The notes: generated from the letters alone by a model not told the origin. Counted from the first letter of the stretch, positions 45,221 to 55,514 are shown. The stretch is 59,756 bases of DNA from an uncultured bacterium (GCA_903839725.1 CAIMDG010000001.1:173559-233314), one strand, 5' to 3'. Numbers and translations: made by a program.

Positions 45221-46498
45221 TCAGAAAAAACTTTTTCGGTGTTTCAGTATCTCTTCTTCAAGAATCCACATTTTTCGTAACTCTCCTGCCAGAAAGAATG
45301 AACCAACAACCAATACAAGATCACGTGAGCCGGCATTCTTCAAATTCATTGATAATGCATCTGTCGGATCAAGAAATGTAGCAATACAAGAATTATTCTT
45401 AAGATATTTGCGGGTAATTCTCGACAGAACTTTTGGATGAGCACATTTCCTATCTCGTATTTGAAATCGTGTGATTGATACAGAATCAGCCAAAGGAATA
45501 ATTTGTTTCAATATTGCTTCACTATCCTTGCCTTCAGATATACCGATAATTACATGCAGTTTCTTGTATGATATTATTTTCAAATTTGTAATTGTACTTC
45601 TAATTTTTGATCTATTATGAGCACCGTCGAGAATCACCAATGGTTTTTCTTGCATTACTTCAAAGCGACATTGAAGACGCGATTGGTGTATACCTTTTTG
45701 GATATGAATATCATTGATCCCTATCTTTTGAGTAATGAGTGTCGCTAACTTCTTATTGTATTCTTCATAACATATTTGTTTGGGTACTAAATTGAACGGT
45801 ACATTATGTTCATTACATAATATTTTGAATAAACTCAGAATTTGTGGACGTTGTTCACTTGTACAGAATATTGAACCTTTCTTTATAATTCCTGCTTTAT
45901 CATATGCAATCTTCTGCAACGTCTTTCCAAGCACCGCAGTATGATCATAGTCAATATTAGTAATTGCAGTAATTACTGGTTTCTCAATAACATTTGTAGC
46001 GTCATATCGTCCACCCAAACCTACTTCAAGTACCACCCATTCACATTTCATACGTTTGAAATGGATGATAGCCAATGCAAAGCAAATCTCAAAATAGGAC
46101 GGCCTACCATATGGTCCGTATACATATGCATGATCGATATACGGCTTGAGATATTCCACAATGTCAGCAAATTCATTTGGATCTATGTAGAGATCTTCAA
46201 CTTTAATTTTTTCAATCGTAGTCGTGACAAAAGGTGACGTGAATGAGCCGACTTTTTTACCAGAGGCGTGAATGATTTCGTGAACCATATTGGTTACACT
46301 TCCTTTGCCCGCTGTTCCTGTAATATGTATATACTTCATCCCTTTGTCAGGATTACCAAGTAAATCAAGAAAATATCTCATGCGCTTCAAATAGACGCCG
46401 AGATTTTGTCGTTGAACAAGGTAATCACCTTTCAAAGGCATATTTGATAGTCCTTCAAGATATGAAACTGCATTGTAATATCGTGTAAATGTCTTCAT
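45221..46498 (-). CDS. folC: Folylpolyglutamate synthase / Mur-ligase family protein
   Basis: HITGTAGKGS P-loop, EVGLGGRYDATN and DYDHT motifs. Confidence 0.8.
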   Translation of the reverse strand: MKTFTRYYNAVSYLEGLSNMPLKGDYLVQRQNLGVYLKRMRYFLDLLGNPDKGMKYIHITGTAGKGSVTNMVHEIIHASGKKVGSFTSPFVTTTIEKIKVEDLYIDPNEFADIVEYLKPYIDHAYVYGPYGRPSYFEICFALAIIHFKRMKCEWVVLEVGLGGRYDATNVIEKPVITAITNIDYDHTAVLGKTLQKIAYDKAGIIKKGSIFCTSEQRPQILSLFKILCNEHNVPFNLVPKQICYEEYNKKLATLITQKIGINDIHIQKGIHQSRLQCRFEVMQEKPLVILDGAHNRSKIRSTITNLKIISYKKLHVIIGISEGKDSEAILKQIIPLADSVSITRFQIRDRKCAHPKVLSRITRKYLKNNSCIATFLDPTDALSMNLKNAGSRDLVLVVGSFFLAGELRKMWILEEEILKHRKSFF

Positions 46499-46521
46499 AG
46501 GAGTAAATGGGTTAATCTAAC

Positions 46522-46543
46522 AAAAAACCGCGCAGAGGCGGTC
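46522..46543 (-). terminator. Rho-independent terminator
   Basis: On the minus strand: accgc...gcggt stem followed by T6. Lies downstream of the 6-TM transporter gene. Confidence 0.55.
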
Positions 46544-46638
46544 TTTGATATATGCAAAGAATACGCCTCACTAACTAAGTCTGTTATGACCTGTGAAGCT
46601 AGACCATGTTTGTGTTGTATTGTTGATCAACATGATGG

Positions 46639-47259
46639 TTATGGTTGGACCTCTTTCTTTCTCATGACTTTTATATACGGATAAAAGAATCCGAGTAAAG
46701 CGAGTGCCAAGAGATTCATAATTCCTGCCAGAACAAACACTAGTGTAAATCCAAATGATTGTATAAGTAGACTTCCAATGAGACCGCCAACTGCTATTGC
46801 CACAATCATTCCGCCGACACTGAATAAACTCCATTCAAAAGCTGCAGACTTCTTGTCGATATGATGAGAAAAAATCGCATAGTATGCCGCCATAGTACAC
46901 GCATCAGCAATACCCCAGAGAACTTGCACCAGAGCGAGTTCCCATGCTTTACCAATGAATATAAAGGCAAAACTAGCCATACCAGCGAGAAATATACCCG
47001 TAAATATAACAATAAAATCATCCTTTTCTCCTGCACGCGCATCAAGATATTTTGCAATTGGAATTTGCAGCAACGATTTCACTACTGAATATATTGCTCC
47101 AGTTACTCCTATCGTTACGAACGTTGCTCCTACTATATTGTTGATAACGAATATAGAAAGTAGTGGTGACCATAATGCGGCCGCAGTGTTGATTGTGAGC
47201 AATAATGCCAATAATATCTTGATAGCAGTATTAACAGATTTTAATGAAAATATATTCAT
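46639..47259 (-). CDS. Six-TM MFS-like half transporter
   Basis: 206 aa with about six hydrophobic helices and an MFS-like loop (KYLDARAGEKD). Confidence 0.55.
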   Translation of the reverse strand: MNIFSLKSVNTAIKILLALLLTINTAAALWSPLLSIFVINNIVGATFVTIGVTGAIYSVVKSLLQIPIAKYLDARAGEKDDFIVIFTGIFLAGMASFAFIFIGKAWELALVQVLWGIADACTMAAYYAIFSHHIDKKSAAFEWSLFSVGGMIVAIAVGGLIGSLLIQSFGFTLVFVLAGIMNLLALALLGFFYPYIKVMRKKEVQP

Positions 47260-47264
47260 ATAGT

Positions 47265-47489
47265 TTATTTACCCAATAACAGTGCCAGCTCTTTTGCATT
47301 CTCCTGTGCAAATTCTTTTGCAGCATCCTCCTGACTCATACCAGTCTTTGTTTTTGCTTGTATGGCATCGGCCATCTTCTTGAAAAACTCAGGATTCTTT
47401 TCGATGAGTGTAAGCACTTTCTCAACCTCAGCTTCAGGCATACCTTTCATTTGCTTCTTGATAAGTGCACGAGTAAAAAAGTTCAACAT
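47265..47489 (-). CDS. Hypothetical small helical protein
   Basis: 74-aa ORF between zwf and the transporter gene. Confidence 0.5.
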   Translation of the reverse strand: MLNFFTRALIKKQMKGMPEAEVEKVLTLIEKNPEFFKKMADAIQAKTKTGMSQEDAAKEFAQENAKELALLLGK

Positions 47490-47506
47490 GGTAATTTGGT
47501 TTAATA

Positions 47507-48913
47507 TTATTCTATTTCGGTAATACCTTTTGGATACGTTGTGAGCGGCAATTCACTCCAGTGCTCCAAAATTGGGGTGACGTATTCCCATGATGCCATA
47601 ATCTCATCAGTTGAGGCAAACAGTGTTTGGTCTCCAATGAATGCGTCACGTATGAGTCGTTCATAGTCATTGGAAATATGCTCCGACAACGATGTGTCTG
47701 CATATTTGAACTTGAGTGTTCTTGGCTCAACTTCAAATCCTTGACCTGGGGTTTTCACAAAGAAACGAATCTTGATACCTTCATCCGGCTGTATTCTGAA
47801 TGTGAGAATATTCTGTTCATTGCCCTCTTCATTCTTAAAATAGATATCAATCTCGGCTTTACTTTCGCTCATGGCTTTACCTGTTTCTAAGTAAAATGGA
47901 ACTTTTTTCCAACGTGGCACATTGATGTATGTTTCGATACGAACAAATGTCTCTGTTTTTGACCCGGGTTTTACGCCAGCTTCATTCAGGTACCCTATAT
48001 ATTGACTACGCACGACTCGCTCCGATAAAGTTCGACGTGTAATTCCGACAAGTGATTTCAATACACGAGCTCGCTCAGCGCGAATATCAGTGGCAGAGAA
48101 TGATTTCGGTCGATTCATGGCAATGAGCGCTAACATCTGAAGCATATGGTTCTGGCCAACATCTCGCAATGCTCCAAGTGAGTCATAGAAAGTTCCGCGA
48201 CCTTCCACGGAATTCTTCTCGTACAGCTTAATGTGTACTTTGTCGATAAATTCGTGTTGCCATATTGGCTCGAACATTGAATTTGAAAATCTGAACGAAA
48301 CAATATTTTGCAATGTCTCTTTTGCAAGGTAATGATCAATACGGAAAATTTGTTCTTCTTTAAAAAGTTTACCAAGAAGCTTGTCGAGTTGACGGGCGGC
48401 GTGGATATCATTACCAAAAGGCTTCTCAATCAATATTCGTGTCCAACCAACCTCATCGCTGCAAGGTACATTCAAGCCTGACCGTGAAATATGAGACAAA
48501 ATACCTTCATACAGTGTCGGTGGAACGGATAAATGGAAGAGTTTGTTCGAACATTGACCCCATCCTTTATCGATAGTGGCTATTTTTTGTGCAAGTTGAG
48601 CATATGCGGTTGGATCATCAAACAATCCCTGCTCATATGACATATGATCGAGGAAATGCTTAATATCTTCTTCCTTGAATTGACCTGGACGAATGTTGAT
48701 ACGTTCACGGATGAATTCACGGAATTCCTCACGAGAAAATGTTCTGCGTGAAAAACCGATGATAGCAAAACGTTGAGGAAGCAACTTCTTACTATAAAGC
48801 GCAAGAAGAGCCGGAAGTAGTTTTCGACTCGCCAAATCACCAGTAATTCCTAAAATAACAAATACGGTTGGGTGAAGGGCGAAATTATTGTGTGTATCTG
48901 GCGTTTGCGGCAT
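47507..48913 (-). CDS. zwf: Glucose-6-phosphate 1-dehydrogenase
   Basis: GITGDLASRKLLPAL (NADP site), FRIDHYLAKE (active-site motif) and EKPFG. Confidence 0.9.
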   Translation of the reverse strand: MPQTPDTHNNFALHPTVFVILGITGDLASRKLLPALLALYSKKLLPQRFAIIGFSRRTFSREEFREFIRERINIRPGQFKEEDIKHFLDHMSYEQGLFDDPTAYAQLAQKIATIDKGWGQCSNKLFHLSVPPTLYEGILSHISRSGLNVPCSDEVGWTRILIEKPFGNDIHAARQLDKLLGKLFKEEQIFRIDHYLAKETLQNIVSFRFSNSMFEPIWQHEFIDKVHIKLYEKNSVEGRGTFYDSLGALRDVGQNHMLQMLALIAMNRPKSFSATDIRAERARVLKSLVGITRRTLSERVVRSQYIGYLNEAGVKPGSKTETFVRIETYINVPRWKKVPFYLETGKAMSESKAEIDIYFKNEEGNEQNILTFRIQPDEGIKIRFFVKTPGQGFEVEPRTLKFKYADTSLSEHISNDYERLIRDAFIGDQTLFASTDEIMASWEYVTPILEHWSELPLTTYPKGITEIE

Positions 48914-48937
48914 GTCGACAGTTTACCCCACAATCAG

Positions 48938-49345
48938 TTATTTCAGCAATCCTTTACTCAAAATCTCAGCAACGTATATATCCAAGTCTTCTTGAGATTT
49001 CATGTCTTGAAGGCTGAGCCACTTATATTCAACATTCTCAGTTGTATCCAAGACGGGTTCTCCAGTTGTATTCCCAATATAGGAAAGTCGAACAACATGC
49101 TTTTCAGCATTTGGAATAATATCTTGTGCATGTATTAATACCGGCTCAGACATAATTTCTAGCTGAGTTTCTTCCTTAACTTCACGCTTCAAATTCTCAA
49201 TCAATTTTGATCCTGGTTCTATACGACCACCAACAATATCCCAATTTCCTTTGGTACCCTTGTATTTATCTGTAGAACGTTTGACGAGTAGGTACTTACC
49301 CTCTGTATTCTTCAAAAATATTTTAACTCCGACTTGTAGAATCAT
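48938..49345 (-). CDS. Nudix hydrolase
   Basis: Nudix box GGRIEPGSKLIENLKREVKEETQLEI. Confidence 0.85.
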   Translation of the reverse strand: MILQVGVKIFLKNTEGKYLLVKRSTDKYKGTKGNWDIVGGRIEPGSKLIENLKREVKEETQLEIMSEPVLIHAQDIIPNAEKHVVRLSYIGNTTGEPVLDTTENVEYKWLSLQDMKSQEDLDIYVAEILSKGLLK

Positions 49346-49359
49346 ATATGTAAATAATA

Positions 49360-50097
49360 TTAATAACCTCCTGTTACGACTGGTGAATCATTGGCTTCAA
49401 TGAAATAGACTTCCCCGTCTTCTTTGATTCCAAACTCCATATAAATCGGTTCACCTGCTTTTGGTTTGAAATGATAATTATAATAATATTTCAAGGCTTT
49501 GAAAGCATAGTACTGCATTTTTTCAGTGTCCTCGGCTCCTTCTGGCGTGAACCAATTGTAACGCATATCAAATACATTTGGATCAAAACGACCGACGTAT
49601 TTGGGGCTATTCGTGGTATTCAGGTAATGAGCACCGTGCCACATCTCAATATATGTTGCCCCATCGGGAGATACGGTAATTGTACCCGCCGCTTTAGTCT
49701 TTACGAATTCTTTAACCTCTATACTCCATTCATCAAAACCTCCCGGGAGTTGTTCAGCAAAATCACAAGCTCCTGTAATGTCTGTATCTAGTAATCTTTT
49801 TATAGACCCATCTTTCTTTGAAGTGCAACGAATTATAAGTCGCTCTCCCTCTTTTATCTTAATTCTTTCCTGGATATCTTGTATTGAATTGAAAGTTCCA
49901 TAGTGTTTCAGTTGAGGAAGATGTTTCTCTTCCATTTGTTTTTCTTTAGAATTATTCTTATCAAGAAAATCATCATACTCCCCTTGAGTAATAAGACCAC
50001 TCTTCAATAAGTTTGCTGCCCAATAGTCCAAACCCTGCGAATCCTTTCTACGGGGATCCATTTCTGAACTACTTTTTTCTGTAAATATATGTTCCAC
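49360..50097 (-). CDS. Hypothetical protein
   Basis: 245-aa ORF with protein-like composition. No family recognised. Confidence 0.55.
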   Translation of the reverse strand: MEHIFTEKSSSEMDPRRKDSQGLDYWAANLLKSGLITQGEYDDFLDKNNSKEKQMEEKHLPQLKHYGTFNSIQDIQERIKIKEGERLIIRCTSKKDGSIKRLLDTDITGACDFAEQLPGGFDEWSIEVKEFVKTKAAGTITVSPDGATYIEMWHGAHYLNTTNSPKYVGRFDPNVFDMRYNWFTPEGAEDTEKMQYYAFKALKYYYNYHFKPKAGEPIYMEFGIKEDGEVYFIEANDSPVVTGGY

Positions 50098-50136
50098 TCT
50101 TCAAGTATACCTAGATACAATATGAGATACAATAAA

Positions 50137-50325
50137 CTAGAATTCCTCTCCCCATTCTTGCCATAGTGGGAAAATATGTCCTGCAACAAAGACACAAGGC
50201 AAAATAATCAATGCCAATAACGCCCATATGAGAAATAGAGTGATCTTTGAGACTACTGCAAAAATGCCAGTGATGGCTTCTTTCAAGAGTTCGAATATTT
50301 CTGCACCAACTGTTTCCATAGGCAA
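50137..50325 (-). CDS. Possible small membrane protein
   Basis: 62 aa with a long hydrophobic stretch (ITLFLIWALLALIILPCVFVAGHIF). Divergent from the histidine kinase gene. Confidence 0.4.
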   Translation of the reverse strand: MPMETVGAEIFELLKEAITGIFAVVSKITLFLIWALLALIILPCVFVAGHIFPLWQEWGEEF

Positions 50326-50371
50326 TTATGCTACCTCGTGGGGATAATCTTGGCAAGGGAGAGAAAGTAGC

Positions 50372-51961
50372 GTGATATACTTATCTTATATGTCGCCTGA
50401 CACCCACCTGATCATACACAATGTAATGTGCATCATCTCAGCGATTGTACTCGTAGGGTTGATTGTCTTCACCTATTACAATGGTCCTCGCAAAGCTGAG
50501 AATATCATGTGGTGTTTTTCTCTATTCTTTGTTGGTATATTCATCATATCTCACGTACTTGGGGTGAATATCAAAGATCCTGCCTTGTCGAGAAATGTAC
50601 TAATGTTCAACCTGTCTAATTTTTTTATAGGCTCTTGTACTGTCCATGCATTTTACGCACTCGTAGGAAAAGCAAGGGAAAAACGTTGGATTATTATTTT
50701 GGTTCATTCAGCTGCACTAATTATAACCCTTGTGCTCCTCACAAATTTTGATTCATTTTTATTACCTTCAATATCAAAACTATATTTCATCAATTATTAC
50801 AACCCGGGTATTTTGAATTGGTACCGCGTCGCTTTCGTGTATGGAGTGTGTGTTCCACTGAGTATTTATACACTCTATCAACAATATAAAACTCGCGAGA
50901 ATCGAACCGAGAGAAAAGCGTATGCCTCACTTATCGTTACTATTATTTGTGCCTTTGGTATTGCATTCATCCCGAATTTTCTTGTATACGACATTAAGAT
51001 TGATCCACTCTGGGGTATGACATCAGCTATTGTATTCTCGATTCCTTTCCTATATGGAGCAGTCAAGTATGGTTTATTCAATGTAAAAATTGTAGCGAAG
51101 CAAGCATTTTTCTACAGTATTGCGGTTGTTGCGGTTGGCGGCTTCATCACATTACTTAATTATTTAAACCAAGTACTTCAAAATCTTGCCCCTGGTTTTC
51201 CTATTTGGATTACCCCGCTCGCATCTTCTGTACTTGCCGTTACTGTTGGTGTGATCATTTGGCGACAACTTCGTCAAGGTGATTTGCTCAAGTACGAATT
51301 CGTCACAACAGTTACTCACAAATTTCGCACACCACTGACTCATATCAAATGGGCTTCTGAGAATCTTGCCAAGACTGAATTGCCAGAAGATAGTCGTGAA
51401 CAGCTGAACTATATTCAAAGTGCTAACAAAAACTTGGTTGAATTGACCTCATTGCTCATGAATGTTTCTGAAACTGAGAATAAGTCGTACGAGTATCAAA
51501 TGGGTAAGAATGATATTTCACTTGCAATTGATCAGGTTATTGTCTCACTCTCTGACCAACTGAATAGTAAACACATTCATATTTTCAAGAATGTTGAACC
51601 GAATCTATATACACGATTTGATGCTGTGCGAATTAAATTTATCATCCAAACATTCATAGAGAATGCAATGCATTACACGAATGAACATGGGCAGATTTCA
51701 GTAGCCGCAACTCTTGATGGAAAGAACATTATTTGTCGAGTTAAAGATAACGGTATTGGTATTCCAAAAGAAGAAATACCTCTATTATTCGCTAAGTTCT
51801 ACCGTGGTGCACGTGCTCGTCTCGCAGATACTGAAGGAATGGGCATTGGACTTTATATGTCGAAGGAGATAATAACTCGTCACGACGGTAAAATATGGGC
51901 GGAATCAGAGGGTACAGGAAAAGGCAGTACATTCATCTTCTCACTTCCTATAAAGAAGTAG
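50372..51961 (+). CDS. Membrane sensor histidine kinase
   Basis: Multi-TM N-terminus, H-box THKFRTPLTHIKW, and N, G1 and G2 boxes (ENAMHYT, DNGIGI, GMGIGL). GTG start; an ATG at 50390 is possible. Confidence 0.85.
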   Translation: MIYLSYMSPDTHLIIHNVMCIISAIVLVGLIVFTYYNGPRKAENIMWCFSLFFVGIFIISHVLGVNIKDPALSRNVLMFNLSNFFIGSCTVHAFYALVGKAREKRWIIILVHSAALIITLVLLTNFDSFLLPSISKLYFINYYNPGILNWYRVAFVYGVCVPLSIYTLYQQYKTRENRTERKAYASLIVTIICAFGIAFIPNFLVYDIKIDPLWGMTSAIVFSIPFLYGAVKYGLFNVKIVAKQAFFYSIAVVAVGGFITLLNYLNQVLQNLAPGFPIWITPLASSVLAVTVGVIIWRQLRQGDLLKYEFVTTVTHKFRTPLTHIKWASENLAKTELPEDSREQLNYIQSANKNLVELTSLLMNVSETENKSYEYQMGKNDISLAIDQVIVSLSDQLNSKHIHIFKNVEPNLYTRFDAVRIKFIIQTFIENAMHYTNEHGQISVAATLDGKNIICRVKDNGIGIPKEEIPLLFAKFYRGARARLADTEGMGIGLYMSKEIITRHDGKIWAESEGTGKGSTFIFSLPIKK

Positions 51962-52074
51962 TACACTCTATCGTCTCTTGTGACCAGTATCTGTGTATAA
52001 CTTGTAGTATTCAAGTGATATAATATCATCAGTATTCAGTGTACAAGCGTTTATTATTAGTTATATATAATACT

Positions 52075-52311
52075 ATGAAAGTAACACATGCAATCGCGTT
52101 CATTCTCGTTATTATTGGCGGCCTTAACTGGCTCCTCGTTGGCCTCATCTCTGGATGGGATCTCGGTGCATATTTGACCGAAGGTGTAGCACGAGTTGTC
52201 TATATCCTCGTCGGTATCTCAGCCATCCTCCTTGTTATCACTCACAAGAAGGACTGCAAGGCATGTGACAGTTGCTGCAAAAATGATGCAGCATCAACTC
52301 CTACAGCATAA
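52075..52311 (+). CDS. DUF378-like small membrane protein
   Basis: MKVTHAIAFILVIIGGLNWLLVGL matches the DUF378 pattern. Cys-rich tail. The internal ATG is preferred over the track start. Confidence 0.6.
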   Translation: MKVTHAIAFILVIIGGLNWLLVGLISGWDLGAYLTEGVARVVYILVGISAILLVITHKKDCKACDSCCKNDAASTPTA

Positions 52312-52332
52312 TTTTAGAATGCGTATCAAAGG

Positions 52333-52354
52333 ACCACCGTATGGTGGTTTTTTG
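52333..52354 (+). terminator. Rho-independent terminator
   Basis: Stem accacc / ggtggt with a GTAT loop, followed by T7. Confidence 0.75.
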
Positions 52355-52446
52355 ATTGTCGTACACTGGGTATTGAATAATGAGACAGAATAATGTATTC
52401 TTGTATTCACGTTATCGAACAACGTAATTAGTACAAAATAGAATAT

Positions 52447-52519
52447 GGGCCCGTAGCTCAGTTGGTAGAGCAGTGCTTTTGCAAAGCAAAGGTCGGAGGT
52501 TCAAATCCTCTCGGGTCCA
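52447..52519 (+). tRNA. tRNA-Ala (UGC)
   Basis: Manual cloverleaf: acceptor GGGCCCG/CGGGTCC with the G3:U70 alanine identity pair, D arm gctc/gagc, anticodon loop tTTGCaa, T arm ggagg-ttcaaat-cctct, discriminator A. No CCA is encoded. Confidence 0.9.
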
Positions 52520-52547
52520 CAGAAAGTTAGATAATCATACATAGTTA

Positions 52548-52590
52548 GACCCGAGCAAAGCACCTGCGTGCTTTGCGTAGAGGATTTGAA
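52548..52590. repeat. Inverted, interrupted copy of the tRNA-Ala 3' end
   Basis: gacccgag + 23-nt hairpin (caaagcac ctgc gtgctttg) + agaggatttgaa. This is the reverse complement of tRNA positions 52500-52517 with an insertion. Confidence 0.7.
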
Positions 52591-52669
52591 AAGGCTGAGT
52601 ATATGGAACGGAGTCTGAGCTTGTCGAAGACGAGTACCATACGAAGCCTGTACCGCACCTGTAAGGTGA

Positions 52670-52688
52670 AAATCCTCTCGGGTCCACA
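52670..52688 (+). repeat. Direct 19-nt repeat of the tRNA-Ala 3' end
   Basis: aaatcctctcgggtccaca is identical to 52503-52521. Confidence 0.8.
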
Positions 52689-52757
52689 AAAGCTTTAATC
52701 TTATACAAATAGTTTGTACACGAGCATATTGCACTTTTTTTTTGTTATACTTTTTAC

Positions 52758-53012
52758 ATGAAAACACACACCTCTGGTTACGTTATTAGAAGTATTATGA
52801 CTATCGTTGCTCTTGTATTATTTGCTTGTATCATTTTTCTCATGGGTGCACTGAAAAATACAAATTCAAATTTAACCGCAGTTATTCCACACTTTATAGG
52901 TACACACCCTCTACCTCCAGTGGCCTGCACCATGGACGCCAAAATGTGTTCTGATGGATCATATGTCGGACGATCTGGTCCAAACTGTGAGTTCGTCTGC
53001 CCTACCAAATAA
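52758..53012 (+). CDS. Small secreted/membrane Cys-rich protein
   Basis: 84 aa. TM/signal segment (IMTIVALVLFACIIFLMG), then CTMDAKMCSDGSYVGRSGPNCEFVCP (four Cys). Confidence 0.55.
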   Translation: MKTHTSGYVIRSIMTIVALVLFACIIFLMGALKNTNSNLTAVIPHFIGTHPLPPVACTMDAKMCSDGSYVGRSGPNCEFVCPTK

Positions 53013-53207
53013 TTACTCTGTTTTAAAAGTTTGCTTTACTCCACACCAAGGGCAAAACCATTTATTTTTGATTGGTGCATCTGCTATAGACCACCATTTA
53101 TTACAGAAACCACAACGGAAGTGGTTTAGGATTTCAACAGATTGTAAGCTTTGAGCCTCCGTCGATTTAAGTTTTGAGTTAGAAGTCTGTTTAGACATAA
53201 AACTCAT
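53013..53207 (-). CDS. Small zinc-ribbon protein
   Basis: 64 aa with CGFC...CPWC. Lies directly downstream of ddl. Confidence 0.5.
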   Translation of the reverse strand: MSFMSKQTSNSKLKSTEAQSLQSVEILNHFRCGFCNKWWSIADAPIKNKWFCPWCGVKQTFKTE

Positions 53208-53210
53208 GCG

Positions 53211-54194
53211 TTACGACAATTTTATGGCCAACTTAATCAAATGATCAGCAAATTGGTGTAATGTGCCTCCAACAGCACGAAGTGCTTTTGGTATAAGGGA
53301 TTCATTGGTCAACCCTGGTAATGTGTTCACTTCAAGAAAATAAATACCGCGACGAGGGTGAATGATGAAATCTGAACGTGAATAGTGTCTCAGGCCAAGT
53401 GCACTATGAACTGTTCGAGAAAGTGTTTCAAGGTCTTTCTTGAGTTGATGAGAAAATGTTGCAGGAACTATTTCTTTTGATTTACCTTTGTACTTGGCAT
53501 CAAAATCAAAGAACTCTGCATCTGGTCGTATCTCGATAGGTGGTAATGCATACAGCGGTTCATTACGAAAATTTTCGATGATTCCGCAGGTTGCCTCAAT
53601 TCCTGAAATGAATTCTTGAATAAGAACCGCTCGATCATGTTCTGCAGCTTTGAGCAGTGCTGGGGCAACATCGGCATGTCTTCGTACAATTGAAACACCG
53701 TGTGATGAGCCACCAGAAACAGGCTTGATTACTGCAGGAATAGGAAAACTTGTAAATATTTCACGAGCAAGCGCCTCTGGATTTTGTCTAATATCAACTG
53801 AGGGGATTTCCCTGCTTAAAGGGATCTTGATTCCGTGACGTGCAAGAACCTGGTTGGTCATCGTCTTATTCATGCCAACAGCCGAAGCAAGAGATTCAGA
53901 ACCTGTATACGGTACGCTATGCATTTCAAGGAATCCTTGAATCTTACCATCTTCACCATATGCACCATGTAGTGCGTTGAACATCACATCGACACGATGA
54001 ATTGCTTGCTCTGGTTTGATGGCAATACCATCAATGTGCCATATTCCTTTTTGATCAATGAAAATATCAATCACCTGATATTCATCAGAAAAATTATCAC
54101 GTAATGCAGAAAGAATAGCGCCACCCGTTTTCAGAGAGACATCAAATTCAGAACTGGGACCACCACGGAGAACACCAACACGAGTTTTTGCCAT
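53211..54194 (-). CDS. ddl: D-alanine--D-alanine ligase
   Basis: MAKTRVGVLRGGPSSEFDVSLKTG, HGAYGEDGKIQG, and an ATP-grasp C-terminus (YFLEVNTLPGLT). The ATG at 54194 avoids overlap with uvrC. Confidence 0.9.
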   Translation of the reverse strand: MAKTRVGVLRGGPSSEFDVSLKTGGAILSALRDNFSDEYQVIDIFIDQKGIWHIDGIAIKPEQAIHRVDVMFNALHGAYGEDGKIQGFLEMHSVPYTGSESLASAVGMNKTMTNQVLARHGIKIPLSREIPSVDIRQNPEALAREIFTSFPIPAVIKPVSGGSSHGVSIVRRHADVAPALLKAAEHDRAVLIQEFISGIEATCGIIENFRNEPLYALPPIEIRPDAEFFDFDAKYKGKSKEIVPATFSHQLKKDLETLSRTVHSALGLRHYSRSDFIIHPRRGIYFLEVNTLPGLTNESLIPKALRAVGGTLHQFADHLIKLAIKLS

Positions 54195-54201
54195 GCAGAT
54201 A

Positions 54202-55437
54202 TTATAGCAATAGACCTTTGTTACGTCGATTGCGATGGAATCGGATAACATACCTATGAGCTTCTGCATTCACTGCAATAATATCCTTCTTGTATGTAGT
54301 AATAATATTGTCCAAACCAACGAACTCAGACGCCTTGTGAGATGCATCTTTTGTCACAGCAACAACAGGAATGTTTATCCTACGTGCCTGCAATACGGAT
54401 TCAGCTCGTCTCACATGCATATCATTACCATCCACGACAATGAGATCAGGATAATTCCACTCAGTGTGATTGAGGCGACGATTGAGTATTTCTTCGAGCC
54501 CAGCCAAGTCATCATTCATTTGTTTTGAAATGATAAACTTTCGATATTCACTTGGTACAAGTTCCCCATTTTTTAAAACAACAAAAGCTCCGACAACATT
54601 ATTGCCTGACAAATGAGCAATGTCATAAGCTTCAATACGAAACTGTTTGTGTGAACTATCGCTTGAAAATATCTTATCTGCCTTAATAAGTGACATGTCA
54701 TTGATATGGTCGAGAGCATACAACAAACGCTTCGCTTGACCCGCTTCCTCAAAATGCATACTTTGTGCAGCACTTTTCATTTCATTTTCTATTCTTGTAC
54801 GCAACATATCTTTTTTACCTTCAAAAAAGAGAATGAGGTTGTCTATAGTTCGAGTATATCTTCGTCGAGCATTCACATCTGATTCCTTTGGTGAACGTCC
54901 GAGCGCTTGATAGAACGCATCGTGACGTGCATCAAAGGACTTTTTGTCCTTGAATGGGAACATTTTGCGCACAATTTTTAAGGCTTCTTTGATGAGTCCA
55001 CTATGTGGATATGGACCAAATAATTTTTTGATTGGGTATTCAAGGGTCTTGTTTTTGAGATGTTGATCGAGATCTCGGGCGCGGGCCAAGAATACACGTG
55101 GCCACGTATCATCTGTAATCACAATATAATTTGAACTTTTATCATCACGTTCATCAACATTGTAGTATGATTGATATTTTTTTATGTGGGCACTTTCCAA
55201 AATGATTGCCTCAAGTACTGAATCTGTCACGGACCATTCAAGCGAAACTGCTTTGGTAACCATATCAACGATTCGTGGGCCTCGAGTAGAAATGAGGTCA
55301 CTACTAAAATAGCTCTTAACTCTATCTTTGAGAGAAGTTGCACGGCCAATATACAAGGGTCTTTTTTGATAATCCTTGAATATATAGATACCCGGAGTAT
55401 CGGGCAATTTCTGCTTACTGACATATTGACGCTTCAT
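54202..55437 (-). CDS. uvrC: Excinuclease ABC subunit C, short form lacking the C-terminal (HhH)2
   Basis: GIY-YIG (PGIYIFKD...LYIGRATSLKDRV), UVR domain (MHFEEAGQAKRLLYAL), and RNase-H-like domain (RIEAYDIAHLSG). Only 411 aa. Confidence 0.85.
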   Translation of the reverse strand: MKRQYVSKQKLPDTPGIYIFKDYQKRPLYIGRATSLKDRVKSYFSSDLISTRGPRIVDMVTKAVSLEWSVTDSVLEAIILESAHIKKYQSYYNVDERDDKSSNYIVITDDTWPRVFLARARDLDQHLKNKTLEYPIKKLFGPYPHSGLIKEALKIVRKMFPFKDKKSFDARHDAFYQALGRSPKESDVNARRRYTRTIDNLILFFEGKKDMLRTRIENEMKSAAQSMHFEEAGQAKRLLYALDHINDMSLIKADKIFSSDSSHKQFRIEAYDIAHLSGNNVVGAFVVLKNGELVPSEYRKFIISKQMNDDLAGLEEILNRRLNHTEWNYPDLIVVDGNDMHVRRAESVLQARRINIPVVAVTKDASHKASEFVGLDNIITTYKKDIIAVNAEAHRYVIRFHRNRRNKGLLL

Positions 55438-55514
55438 AATATTAAGAGTATGGTATTTCTAGGAGTAATACAAGTATTCTAAAAACAAACCTCAACCACG
55501 TATATAGGAACAAT

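Noticed and set aside
52501-52767. 88-aa minus-strand ORF
   Set aside because: It overlaps the tRNA-Ala 3' end and its repeat copies. It is an artefact of the non-coding repeat region.
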